Source: an uncultured archaeon (GTDB lineage Archaea > Asgardarchaeota > Lokiarchaeia > Sigyniarchaeales > SOKP01). Taken from it: DNA of 64,000 bases. The translations under genes and the position numbers were made by a program. The stretch covers positions 1 to 64,000 of the forward strand of contig CAZALK010000021.1 of the NCBI GenBank assembly GCA_964486045.1. Direction: 5' to 3'. Below, in pieces: positions 30,543 to 40,725 of the stretch (its first letter is position 1; each line of letters begins with the position of its first letter). The notes below the pieces were generated by a model. The model saw nothing but the letters and a program-made list of their open reading frames with translations, did no database searches and was not told the DNA's origin.

Positions 30543-30884
30543 ATTTTTAATTATTGATACAGTACTTTAATTTTCAAGTACTGATTTTGTAAAGAAACAA
30601 GGAATAATAAAGTTTGACTTTTTTGAGATATTTTAAGAAATAATCTATATAAGTTCTACATTAATGGTTGTGAGAAGTAAAAAGTTGAGATTTGATTTTC
30701 TGAAAAATAAAGATTCCTTTGAAAATAAAACCCGATGATCGATCTCACATAAATATTTCACAAACCTCGTTAAAAAAATTACTCGAAGATGGTTTAGAAA
30801 TAAAAAACTTTAAGTCCAAAAAAGATAATTTTTACTCAAAAATTTTGAGTAGCATTATTAGTAGGCATATAGTAATAAAGAGAA

Positions 30885-31292
30885 TTAGTAACTTCTTCTC
30901 CCTTTTTTGTTAATGCCACCACTACGGCCTTTTCCACCTCCAGGACCGCCTTTACGACTGCCTCCACCACGACCGCCTCCACCACGACCGCCTCCACCAC
31001 GACCGCCTCCACCACGACCGCCTCCACCACGACCGCCGTAACTACCACGTGAGCTTAGTTGTGGGGGGGCTTTTTTAGTTACAACAACATTATTTGCTTG
31101 AGGACCTTTTTCACCTTGTACTACATCAAATTCGACTTCGTCCCCTTCATTTAATGTTTTATACTCATCCTCATCTCCAGCTAATGCTGAAAAATGTACA
31201 AAAATATCATTTCCATCCTCCGAATTTATAAATCCAAAGCCTTTACCGCTATTAAACCACTTTACTGTTCCTGTTACCAATTTTTTTACCAA
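30885..31292 (-). CDS. Cold-shock domain protein with long Gly/Arg (RGG) tail
   Basis: GTVKWFN, KGFGFI, DIFVHFS, then (RGGGG)n. Confidence 0.95.
   Translation of the reverse strand: MVKKLVTGTVKWFNSGKGFGFINSEDGNDIFVHFSALAGDEDEYKTLNEGDEVEFDVVQGEKGPQANNVVVTKKAPPQLSSRGSYGGRGGGGRGGGGRGGGGRGGGGRGGGSRKGGPGGGKGRSGGINKKGRRSY
30961..31035. repeat. Five perfect 15-nt tandem repeats (cctccaccacgaccg) encoding RGGGG
   Basis: Read directly from the sequence. Confidence 0.97.
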
Positions 31293-31556
31293 TTTTATTT
31301 TAATTTTTTATATGTGTGACAGAATCAATCAAAAGAAATAAATGAATGTTTTTGAAATTGAAAAGATTCAAGTAATGTTGAAATTGTTTTAGACCTTGAA
31401 AGTAAAGAGCAAATCAATAAAATCTATAAGAAGGTCATAACCTAATTTAATTAATCAACTCTAATTGGGAGCCTGGTTTCGTTAGTTTTACATTAATGGG
31501 ATTAATATAAAAAATTAAACTTCAAGAAGGTATATAAAGCCTATATTTTTTCTCGT

Positions 31557-32975
31557 TTATTTTCGAAGACTTGAAATCTCCTTTGAATATACCTTGAAAA
31601 ACCATTTTATTTGGTTTTGAAAGAAGAATCTCTCTCGTAAAACATCATAATGAGATTTTTCCCTTAAACTTGTTAATTTAGCTATATCTTCAGATTTAAT
31701 ATTACCCTCTTCAATTAGATTCATTCGGCATTTAAACTGATCTACCATCTCTATTGGTCTGAGGATAATTGTAATTGCTTTTGAAATTTTGGTTAACAAT
31801 TTTTGAAGCTCCTTCTCTTGAAAATCAGGTAGATTTTGAATTTCCTTTAGAAATTCCCTAATTCGATTTAGCAATATTTTTGTTTTGAAATAGCTTATTA
31901 ATTCTTTTGGTTTCAATATTTCTGAGAGGAATTTTAATATCCTAACAATTGCGTTCTTTTCTATGTTATTATTCTTCAACTCAATATTTAATTTCGTCAA
32001 AAATTGCTGTTTTAGAAATTCCTTATATTTTATTATAATAGCTTTCGTTTCTTTTCGGTCACTACAAATTTCTAGTATCTCACCCTTGGGGGTGGAATAT
32101 GTAAATCCATTTCCTTCTGGTCCCAATCCTCCGAACAATACCATTGATAAGTTATAAAATTTGTAATGATTTTTTACCGACATGAGTTTAATCAAGTTTT
32201 TTTCAAGGTTATTTATTGATACCAAATGAGTTCTTTGTTTAAATTCAATTTCAACAAACTTCTTATTATTTTTATTTCCTTTATTTTCTAATCTCGAATA
32301 CTCCTTTTGGAATGCATCAAAAAACTCCTCTATTCTTCCTAAATTCTCAACTCTCAAACCATATATTGTGTAATTATTAAAAAACCTCATAAGTTGATCT
32401 TCATTATAAAAAAAATCGTATCCTTCTTCAGTGGACATTGATGACTTAAATAATTCTAATATGTTCTTCAACATTGAATCATAAACAAAATAAATTAAGG
32501 AATCTGAAACATTACCAAATAAATCCCGTAAATTACTTACAATTAAGGTATTTTTTTTAATTTCTTCCATAATTTTGAACTTTTTAAGGGGAATATCCCT
32601 TTTGAGTAAATTATACTCGTTAAAAATTTTTAGTACTTTAAAGATATCCCCAATCTGACCTCTTGTTATTCCATTTAGATGTATGGTAGATAGGTGTTCA
32701 AATCGCTTTGGGATTTTGGTGACATCAATAAAAATGTCTAGATTAACAGAAGAATCAAGTAAAAGTTTAAAAAGTTCAAATTTCCTTGTTCTAAGCAACT
32801 TTGATAATACTTTATAAAAATTTTGATCCACGATTTTATGAATTCTCTCATTTAATTCTATTTCTGAATCTTGAATTGGATTATTTTCTGAAATATAATA
32901 GAGAGCTCTTTTAATTTCAAGAATATTCCCCACCTTAAGAGAATCTATTATCCTCTGTATTTTCAAAGAGATCAT
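31557..32975 (-). CDS. Hypothetical protein (probable start MISLKIQ at 32975)
   Basis: Long ORF with conserved-looking core GGLGPEGNGFTYSTPKGE; the track start would overlap the divergent gene head-to-head. Confidence 0.7.
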   Translation of the reverse strand: MISLKIQRIIDSLKVGNILEIKRALYYISENNPIQDSEIELNERIHKIVDQNFYKVLSKLLRTRKFELFKLLLDSSVNLDIFIDVTKIPKRFEHLSTIHLNGITRGQIGDIFKVLKIFNEYNLLKRDIPLKKFKIMEEIKKNTLIVSNLRDLFGNVSDSLIYFVYDSMLKNILELFKSSMSTEEGYDFFYNEDQLMRFFNNYTIYGLRVENLGRIEEFFDAFQKEYSRLENKGNKNNKKFVEIEFKQRTHLVSINNLEKNLIKLMSVKNHYKFYNLSMVLFGGLGPEGNGFTYSTPKGEILEICSDRKETKAIIIKYKEFLKQQFLTKLNIELKNNNIEKNAIVRILKFLSEILKPKELISYFKTKILLNRIREFLKEIQNLPDFQEKELQKLLTKISKAITIILRPIEMVDQFKCRMNLIEEGNIKSEDIAKLTSLREKSHYDVLRERFFFQNQIKWFFKVYSKEISSLRK

Positions 32976-33140
32976 GATAGCTTGAAGTACATATAGGTAA
33001 CAATCAGAAATTAAATTTACTATATTATTATGAATAAAGGAAGGATCAGTTTTATAATGACTAATTAACTTTAATATCCAGAGACTCAAGACCTCCGTAA
33101 TACTCGTATGACTAAATTTGAATTTTATAATATCGTAAAA

Positions 33141-34061
33141 ATGGATGATATACAGGTGTCGATACCTCAATCTAGTCATTTTACTATAGGCTCTTCTCCT
33201 TATTATGCTCATCAACATGCCTTGGGAATTGATATTTACCAATCTCTGTCTTTAGACGAATACGAAGTACTTAGTCCAATCTCGGGAGAAATATTAAAGG
33301 TAAAAATTTTGTTAGCCCCGCGACCTAAATTTATTGGGGGAATCGATAAAGATTATCTTATTTTAGTCAGCAATCCTCATAATCGTAAAATTACTTATAA
33401 AATCATGCATGTTAAACCTTATGATATTCGATCTGGACAGCAAATAAGAGTAGGAGATCCAATAGGAAAAACGATTCGAAATGGTTACTTTGCTTATTGG
33501 TCAAGTCCTCACTTACATTTAGAGATTAGACCCTCTAATGATGCTATTCGTGCTAGTGGTGGGAGAACCTTTTCATTAGCGTTTAATAAGAATAAAAGTA
33601 GAAATAATATTGAAGAACGTAAATATGAAAAAATACCTATAAAAGTCCATTCGGTTTATCCTGAATTTTACCTGGCTAGATTTTCAGAAAGACTATATAA
33701 ATTTATAGATCCTATTTATGGTGTTAAAGTAAGGGTAAATAAAGAGGAATGCATACTAGATGGAGGTATACCTCATTATAAAAATGGCACACTTATCTCC
33801 TATGGTTGTTTTGAAAGAGAAAAAAACAAATCAATTTATTTTGAAAATCAAATAATTGGAAGATTGAATGATTCAAGGGCTCAATTTGGTTTTTTTAAAT
33901 TTGATTCTTCACTAAAATTTTGTCTAAATGGGGAGGAAATTCGCGGAATTTCACTTTATTTAGCGAATTTCATACCGTTAATAAAGATTATACCATATAA
34001 AGATAACAATATTGCCTTAAACACTAACTCTACCTCACTATTAACCATTTTACCTCCTTAA
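33141..34061 (+). CDS. M23 peptidase-like protein
   Basis: HALGIDI (HxxxD), SPISG, GDPIG, PHLHLE (HxH). Confidence 0.75.
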   Translation: MDDIQVSIPQSSHFTIGSSPYYAHQHALGIDIYQSLSLDEYEVLSPISGEILKVKILLAPRPKFIGGIDKDYLILVSNPHNRKITYKIMHVKPYDIRSGQQIRVGDPIGKTIRNGYFAYWSSPHLHLEIRPSNDAIRASGGRTFSLAFNKNKSRNNIEERKYEKIPIKVHSVYPEFYLARFSERLYKFIDPIYGVKVRVNKEECILDGGIPHYKNGTLISYGCFEREKNKSIYFENQIIGRLNDSRAQFGFFKFDSSLKFCLNGEEIRGISLYLANFIPLIKIIPYKDNNIALNTNSTSLLTILPP

Positions 34062-34096
34062 GAGGGAAAATAATAGAACCAATAATATATGAGGGT

Positions 34097-35566
34097 TTAA
34101 TACGCGTTAATTTTTTTTAATGATGCTTTTAGGACACTTTCGAATTTATTGCAAATAAAATCAGCATCTTCATCCGAAATACCGAGTGGAGGTTTGATCT
34201 TTATTAAATTCCGCATTAGAATCTTTCCAGAACCACTAAGATATGGCATACTAGGACCAAAGAAGATATTTTGTCTTTCTCCCTCATGTAATACTTCTTC
34301 CATTAAATCTGTAAAAGGTTCCCTTGATTTTTGATCCTTTACTAGCTCAATACCAATAAACAATCCTGGACCTCTTATATCACCAATAACATTATAACTT
34401 TCCTGAAATTCTTTTAATCTCTTAGTAATTTGTTGTCCTCGCTTTTCACAGTTTTCCCCTAGTTTTGCCCTTTCAATGACCATGAATGATGCAAGTCCTC
34501 CAGTACAACCAATTGGTGTATTACAAAATGTTGTGTGATCTTCAGCACCAATAAATCTTTTTTTAATTTTTGTAGATGCCACCATGGCTCCTAACGGAAA
34601 TCCTCCACCAAGAGCTTTTGTAAAACACATCATGTCAGGCGAAACATCAATTTTTAGCTCTTTTTCATACTTTTCTGTGAGGGTAAAATATTTACCACAT
34701 CTCCACACAGCGGTCTGAGATTCATCATATATTACAAATATTTTTTCTTGTTCACAGGCTTCTCGTAATTTTATAAGGAAATCTGGTGGAAATGGGATGT
34801 GACCTCCTGCAGCCTGCCAAGGTTCGAGTATTACACCAGCAAGCTTTCTCGTGGTTAAGCCCATTAAATATTCCTTAACTAAATCAAAACATTCTAAATT
34901 ACATTCAGGATCCTTTTTACCATAAAACCCATTTTTATATCTCCATAAACATCGATAACAATAGGGTTGTGGCACTCTAGTAAAAAAGTCAATTCCAAAC
35001 GGTCTAAATCTTGTTATAGTGTGGAATGGTTGAGAAGCTGTTAACATAGCGAGTGTATTGCCGTGATACCCTCCCCGAAAAGTAAGAAAATGATCACCTC
35101 CCTTTGATGCTATTAGAGCAAGTTTTACAGCAGCTTCAATTGCCAAACTACCCCCTTCATTATTAATATGAACTCTACCGCCTTTTAATTTCCCAGGGGA
35201 TAGATCAGCTAACTTGTTGACAAACTTAGCTCGTGCTGGAGATACTACATCTGATTTGACATGAGTTAATCTGCTCATTTGTTCAGCGACAGCAAAATTT
35301 ACATCTGGGTTAGCAAACCCTAAAGCTAATGTCCAATTCTGAGATGTACAATCAATCATCTCGGAAGTTTCTCCTGTTTTAAAATCTCTTACTACAACCC
35401 AAGGAGAACCAGGTTCTTTAGCTTCAATCAACACTTTATTTCCATAATAATTGTTCAAACAGTGGTTATCAAAAAGTAGTAATTCTTCTTCATTTACACC
35501 AGCAGATATTGCGCGTAATTCCTCCTTACTTAAAACTTTTGGATTAAAATCAACCATTTTAGACAC
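34097..35566 (-). CDS. Class III PLP-dependent aminotransferase
   Basis: YHGNT, ILEPWQ, YDESQT, PDMMCFTKALGGG, RGPGLFIG. Confidence 0.92.
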   Translation of the reverse strand: MSKMVDFNPKVLSKEELRAISAGVNEEELLLFDNHCLNNYYGNKVLIEAKEPGSPWVVVRDFKTGETSEMIDCTSQNWTLALGFANPDVNFAVAEQMSRLTHVKSDVVSPARAKFVNKLADLSPGKLKGGRVHINNEGGSLAIEAAVKLALIASKGGDHFLTFRGGYHGNTLAMLTASQPFHTITRFRPFGIDFFTRVPQPYCYRCLWRYKNGFYGKKDPECNLECFDLVKEYLMGLTTRKLAGVILEPWQAAGGHIPFPPDFLIKLREACEQEKIFVIYDESQTAVWRCGKYFTLTEKYEKELKIDVSPDMMCFTKALGGGFPLGAMVASTKIKKRFIGAEDHTTFCNTPIGCTGGLASFMVIERAKLGENCEKRGQQITKRLKEFQESYNVIGDIRGPGLFIGIELVKDQKSREPFTDLMEEVLHEGERQNIFFGPSMPYLSGSGKILMRNLIKIKPPLGISDEDADFICNKFESVLKASLKKINAY

Positions 35567-35685
35567 TAATTTAATGATTAAATTAAGTAGATATTATTTA
35601 TAACAACATATACAAAATTAATATTATGAATCACGCATTAATATTTAAAAGAAGATATTAAATTTCATATTCTACAAAATCTTGC

Positions 35686-37200
35686 TTATTTATTTTGTTC
35701 TATGTTTATTGGAAGGGTAAAATAAAAGGTAGAACCTTTATTTCTTCCTTCAGATTCGACCCATATCTTTCCTCCATGTAATTCTACAATCTTTTTTGAA
35801 ATGTATAATCCAAGACCAGACCCATCGGATACTATATTTAATCCTTGCCCATACCTTTCAATTTTTCCGAATTGCTCAAACAACCTCCCTTTTTCCTCCT
35901 TAGTGAAACCGATTCCATTATCCTTAATTGAAACTAAAAAAGAATTATCCTGAATTTCAGATTTAATATCAATTCTGCCATTTATTGGAGTATACTTAAT
36001 TGCATTAGTAATTAGGTTCGATAACACTTGATGAATTTGTTCCTTTTCAAAGTTAGATATTAATTCTTCATGAATTTGTAAATCCACTGAATGATTACGT
36101 AATTTTATAAAACCACGTAATTCGTTGACGCAAAATCTGATTAAGAAAGATAAGTCTTCTTCTGTTTTTTTTAATTGAACAGATTTAGTATCAAGTTCTG
36201 CTGTTTTCAAAATATCTCGAATCAAATTCTCCAATCTGACGCATCCTTGATTAATTTCTCCAATTGTACTTAGGATATAATCATCAAGATTATCACTATA
36301 TAATTCTAATAAAAGACTTGAGAAACCCTTGATAGATACTAAAGGAGTTTTTAACTCATGAGAAGTTCTTCTTAATAATTCAGATTTTATTTTATTTAAT
36401 TTTTTTAATTCTTGTTCTGCTTCTTTAATTGTCGTAATATTTTGGCTGATCACTTGAATTATTACTTTATCACCTAATTTAATTAGAGAAGCATACAAAT
36501 AAATCCAAATTAAACTTCCATCCTTGTTGTAAACTTGGATTTCCTGTGGTTCTGAAGTACCATTTTTTATTAAATTTTTAAATCCTTTTGCGACTATAGG
36601 TAAATACCTTTCAGGAATAGCAGAGAGTTCTGTAAAGGGTTTACCAATAAGATCCTTTTTACTATATCCTGCTCCTACTTCATGAGCACGATTTACATCT
36701 ATTATCTTTCCAGTCATATCAACCAAACCAACAGCGAATGGAGAATTATCAAAAAGTGCCCGGTATTTTTGTTCTGACTCTCGTAATGCATCCTCCGCTT
36801 GTTTTTTTGTTGTAATATCCGTAATAATATGAACTGCTCCTATGAGCTGACCTTCTGTATCACCAAAAACAGGATCTACAGAAATTTCGAGCCATTTTCC
36901 ATCCAAATTTTTGATAGAAGTTTCTTTGTGACCTGAAGTCCGCATCTGTGACATAGGACACCAATCAACTAGTTGGTTAGTACCATGAACGAGTTCCCAA
37001 CATTTATGACCAATTATTTCATTAAAATCTGATATCCCTAAGAACTCCAAGGTTGCATTATTACATAGTAGAATTTTATGATCCATATCAATAAGGAAAA
37101 CAACTTCACTCATAGCATCAATAGTAGTCCTCCATTGAGTTATATTAAGTTTTAGCGATAATATTTTATAATTATTAGACTTATCTTCTGAATTTTCCAC
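35686..37200 (-). CDS. PAS-domain sensor histidine kinase
   Basis: Two PAS domains, SHELKTPL, NAIKY, DNGIG, GSGLGL. Confidence 0.93.
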   Translation of the reverse strand: MENSEDKSNNYKILSLKLNITQWRTTIDAMSEVVFLIDMDHKILLCNNATLEFLGISDFNEIIGHKCWELVHGTNQLVDWCPMSQMRTSGHKETSIKNLDGKWLEISVDPVFGDTEGQLIGAVHIITDITTKKQAEDALRESEQKYRALFDNSPFAVGLVDMTGKIIDVNRAHEVGAGYSKKDLIGKPFTELSAIPERYLPIVAKGFKNLIKNGTSEPQEIQVYNKDGSLIWIYLYASLIKLGDKVIIQVISQNITTIKEAEQELKKLNKIKSELLRRTSHELKTPLVSIKGFSSLLLELYSDNLDDYILSTIGEINQGCVRLENLIRDILKTAELDTKSVQLKKTEEDLSFLIRFCVNELRGFIKLRNHSVDLQIHEELISNFEKEQIHQVLSNLITNAIKYTPINGRIDIKSEIQDNSFLVSIKDNGIGFTKEEKGRLFEQFGKIERYGQGLNIVSDGSGLGLYISKKIVELHGGKIWVESEGRNKGSTFYFTLPINIEQNK

Positions 37201-37771
37201 GTTATGTTTACCCTAATATATTTCCAATCAAAAATTTAATCAAAAAGTATTAAAAATATAAGATATATCATATTTAACCGTTTGTACTTTACTCTATAAT
37301 AATTTTAAAGATTTCTAAAACCAGCTCTAAGGAAATATACAAATGTGTCATAATTTAGAATAGAAATCTGTTTAAATAATCAAATGATAATAAATGGTGT
37401 AGATTTGAAAATTACCTAAAATTTATTAAAAAAGATAAAGAATCTAGTATTATGGTTTTAAATAAAACTACGACCGTTCTAACAATAAAGACATCATTTT
37501 CTTTATTAGATCTGCTGGCAGTTTTATTATTATAAGCGAAATAATCCATGTTATCTCGTTCTTTTAAATTTTTCATGGGTTTTTACGCTAAGAATCAAAC
37601 GTTTAAATGAACGTGATAAAAGGTGTTGAAATTAATCCAATAACAAATACTAAAAATAATGAGAATAACCTTAACGAGGGAGTAGAAAAATGTATAATCC
37701 TCAAGAAAAAAAACCAAAGGTAAAAAAAATGGGAACATGCGAAAACAAGCAAAAAAGGAGCGCAAACTTAG

Positions 37772-40627
37772 ATGAATCAAAGCACATACAATTATAAGAA
37801 AAGTGAGAAAAAATGGCAGAAAAAATGGGCCGAAGCAGGTCTATTTGAGGCAGATAAAGATGATAGAGAAAAATATTTCATCAATTTCCCTTTCCCTTAT
37901 TTGAATGGAGCTCCGCATTTAGGTCATGGTTATAGTTTACTGAAAGCGGAAGTAATGGCTAGATTTCAAAGAATGATGGGGAAAAATGTATTGTTTCCAT
38001 TCGCTTTTCATGCAACTGGTGAACCCATCGTAGGTGTTGCAAAAAGAATCAAAGCAGGTGATGAATCTCAAATTAGAGCTTTAAAGATATCAGGAGTCTC
38101 TGAAAAAGAAATTCTAAAATTTAAAGATCCCGAATACATTGTTAATTATTTCAAAAACAAATGGATTGAGGCAACAACGACATTAGGATTGGCTATCGAC
38201 TGGCGCAGGCAATTTGTAACAACACAATTAACTCCAACATTTTCAAAATTTGTAGAATGGCAATATAGGAAATTAAAAAAAGATGGTTATGTAGTTCAAG
38301 GATCCCATCCTGTAATTTGGTGTCCAGCAGATCAAAATCCAACCGGAGATCATGATCGATTGGAAGGAGAAGGGGCTCGTGTAGTGGATTTTATTGTTAT
38401 TAAATTTTATTCTAAGGAACACGATGCTTTTTTCCTACCTGCTACTTTGAGACCTGAAACAACTTATGGCGTCACTAATATGTTTGTGCATCCTGAAGCG
38501 TCATATGTTAAAGTAACCATCAATGGTGAAAAAGTTATTATATCAAAAGATGTTGTAATTAAGTTTAAAGATCAGCAATTTGAAGTTGGAGATATTGAAG
38601 AAGTAGCAACTAGCGAACTAATTGGGACATATCTTACTAATCCAGTTAATAATGATCAGGTTATAGTCTTACCTGGTGATTTTATAGATACAGCTGGTTC
38701 AACTGGGGTTGTTATGTCAGTACCTGCGCATGCACCTATGGATTGGATTACTTTGAAAAATTTACAGGATAATCCTGATAGTTTGAAAATTTGGGGTATT
38801 GGTCAGGATGAATTGACATCAATCAAACCAATTGCCTTGATCAAAGTAGAGGGATATGGTGAATTTCCTGCTGGTGAGGAAATCGAAAATCGTAATATCA
38901 CTTCTCGTGATGATCCGGATGTAAAAGAAGCAACTAGAAAAGTTTACCGAAAAGAACATAATTCTGGGAAACTGCTTGCAATAACTGGAAAATACAAAGA
39001 TATGACGGTAGAGTCAGTAAAAGACAAGATCATTGATGATTTTATTAACGATAATTTTGCATTCATTTTAAAAGAACCCGGAGAACCTGTTGTTTGCAGG
39101 TGTGGTACTAGAAATCATGTTAAATATCTAGAAAACCAGTGGTTTTTGAAATTCTCAGATACTGAGTGGAAAGACAAAACTCACAAATTGTTGGATGAAA
39201 TGGATGTTTTCCCAACTGAAGCTCGAAAAGCATTCCACAATACAGTTGATTGGTTAGAAAATAAAGCGTGTGCCCGCAGATCTGGTTTAGGAACCCCCAT
39301 GCCCTGGGATACTGGTTGGATAATAGAAACTTTGTCAGATTCAGTCATCTATATGGCGTATTATATCATTTCCAAATATGTCAATGATGGACGGTTCACA
39401 TTAGAATACTCAACTGATGAGGTATTTGAGTTCATATTATTGGGTAGTGGTGATCCAAAAATTATTAGTGATGAAGTTGGTATTAATCACTCATTGTTAG
39501 AAGAAATTCGAGAAGAATTAGTTTATTTCTATCCTTTTAATTTAAGAACATCAGGTAAGGATTTACTAACAAATCATTTGACTTTTATGTTAATGCATCA
39601 CACCGCAATTTTTCAAGAAGAGTTTTGGCCGTTGGGTGTTGCTGTTAATGGTTATGTAGCAATCGATAGTGTAAAAATGTCTAAAAGGCTGGGAAACTTC
39701 AAAACTATTGAAGATATTGTCAAAGCATTTGGAGTAGATGCAACAAGATTGGGGTTCTTGATCGCTGGAGAGGGATTAAAAGATGCTTCTTTCTCTTTAG
39801 GTGAGGCTGAAAGTTATGTCAAATGGATCCAGAACTTGTATGAAATGGCTTTAGAGGATGTAGACGATGAAGAAGAAAAACAAATTGACCAATGGTTAGT
39901 TTCACGTATTCAAAAACAAATTGGGACAACTCTAAATTCCCTTTCCAAATTGAACACGAGAAGTGCTTTTCAATCAGCATATCATAAAACTCTGCAGGAT
40001 ATCCGTTGGTATTTGAAAAGGCGAGGATCAAAAGGTCCAGCATATTCATATGCCCTGGAAACTATTATTTTGCTAGTTTGTCCTTTCATTCCCCATGTCG
40101 TTGAAGAAATTTGGGCTATTAAAGGAAATTCAGGTTTTGCATCAAATGCTTCATTTCCTACTGTTGATAAAACTAAAATCATCAAGGATTCAGAATATGC
40201 TGAAAAATTCTTAAGTTCATTTATTGATGACATAAAAAATTTGAAAAGTTTCTTGTTAGAAAAGGAAAATAAACAATTGGAAAAAATTGAAGTGTTTATT
40301 GCTCCAAAATGGATGTATCCAATTTACTCTGAAGCACGTGAAAATGGGTTGAATGACTTAGTTAAGCGAATAATGCAAAATCCTAACATACGAAAAATTG
40401 GAAAAGGTGCAGTTAAATATGCTCAAGATTTAGTGAAAGATGGAGCACCTCCTGATTTTCCATGGAGCCATTCAGCTGCAATCCAAATCCTGAATGAAGC
40501 AAAAGAATACATTGAGAAGCAAGTAAATGCATCAATTGAGATTTTCGAAGCTGAAAATTCATCTCATAGAAAAGCAAAAGCAGCAATACCTAGGAGACCA
40601 GGTATCAACTTTATTTTGAGGTTATAA
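37772..40627 (+). CDS. leuS: Leucine-tRNA ligase, archaeal/eukaryotic type
   Basis: FPFPYLNGAPHLGH (HIGH), TLRPET, GVVMSVPAHAP editing domain, ETLSDSVIYMAYY, SGKDL, KMSKR. Confidence 0.97.
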   Translation: MNQSTYNYKKSEKKWQKKWAEAGLFEADKDDREKYFINFPFPYLNGAPHLGHGYSLLKAEVMARFQRMMGKNVLFPFAFHATGEPIVGVAKRIKAGDESQIRALKISGVSEKEILKFKDPEYIVNYFKNKWIEATTTLGLAIDWRRQFVTTQLTPTFSKFVEWQYRKLKKDGYVVQGSHPVIWCPADQNPTGDHDRLEGEGARVVDFIVIKFYSKEHDAFFLPATLRPETTYGVTNMFVHPEASYVKVTINGEKVIISKDVVIKFKDQQFEVGDIEEVATSELIGTYLTNPVNNDQVIVLPGDFIDTAGSTGVVMSVPAHAPMDWITLKNLQDNPDSLKIWGIGQDELTSIKPIALIKVEGYGEFPAGEEIENRNITSRDDPDVKEATRKVYRKEHNSGKLLAITGKYKDMTVESVKDKIIDDFINDNFAFILKEPGEPVVCRCGTRNHVKYLENQWFLKFSDTEWKDKTHKLLDEMDVFPTEARKAFHNTVDWLENKACARRSGLGTPMPWDTGWIIETLSDSVIYMAYYIISKYVNDGRFTLEYSTDEVFEFILLGSGDPKIISDEVGINHSLLEEIREELVYFYPFNLRTSGKDLLTNHLTFMLMHHTAIFQEEFWPLGVAVNGYVAIDSVKMSKRLGNFKTIEDIVKAFGVDATRLGFLIAGEGLKDASFSLGEAESYVKWIQNLYEMALEDVDDEEEKQIDQWLVSRIQKQIGTTLNSLSKLNTRSAFQSAYHKTLQDIRWYLKRRGSKGPAYSYALETIILLVCPFIPHVVEEIWAIKGNSGFASNASFPTVDKTKIIKDSEYAEKFLSSFIDDIKNLKSFLLEKENKQLEKIEVFIAPKWMYPIYSEARENGLNDLVKRIMQNPNIRKIGKGAVKYAQDLVKDGAPPDFPWSHSAAIQILNEAKEYIEKQVNASIEIFEAENSSHRKAKAAIPRRPGINFILRL

Positions 40628-40725
40628 GGTTTAAATATTCGAAGGCTGTATTCTCAAAAATTCTTAGGAAATCCTTAAAAGCTGATTAATCTTTAGAAGA
40701 ACATAACATAATCTAATGAGTCTAC

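Noticed and set aside
30961-31035. Possible CRISPR array
   Set aside because: Contiguous 15-nt units with no spacers, inside a CDS. No CRISPR array or cas gene was seen in the window.
30836-31048. ORF with (VVVEA)n repeats
   Set aside because: Alternative-frame reading of the 15-nt RGGGG repeat inside the cold-shock gene.
32976-33242. Long N-terminal extension and head-to-head overlap of the 31557 and 33108 ORFs
   Set aside because: Downstream ATGs (32975 and 33141) remove the overlap and leave a normal divergent intergenic gap.
37595-37780. Small ORF or gene remnant upstream of leuS
   Set aside because: Low-complexity A-rich sequence with no recognisable motif.
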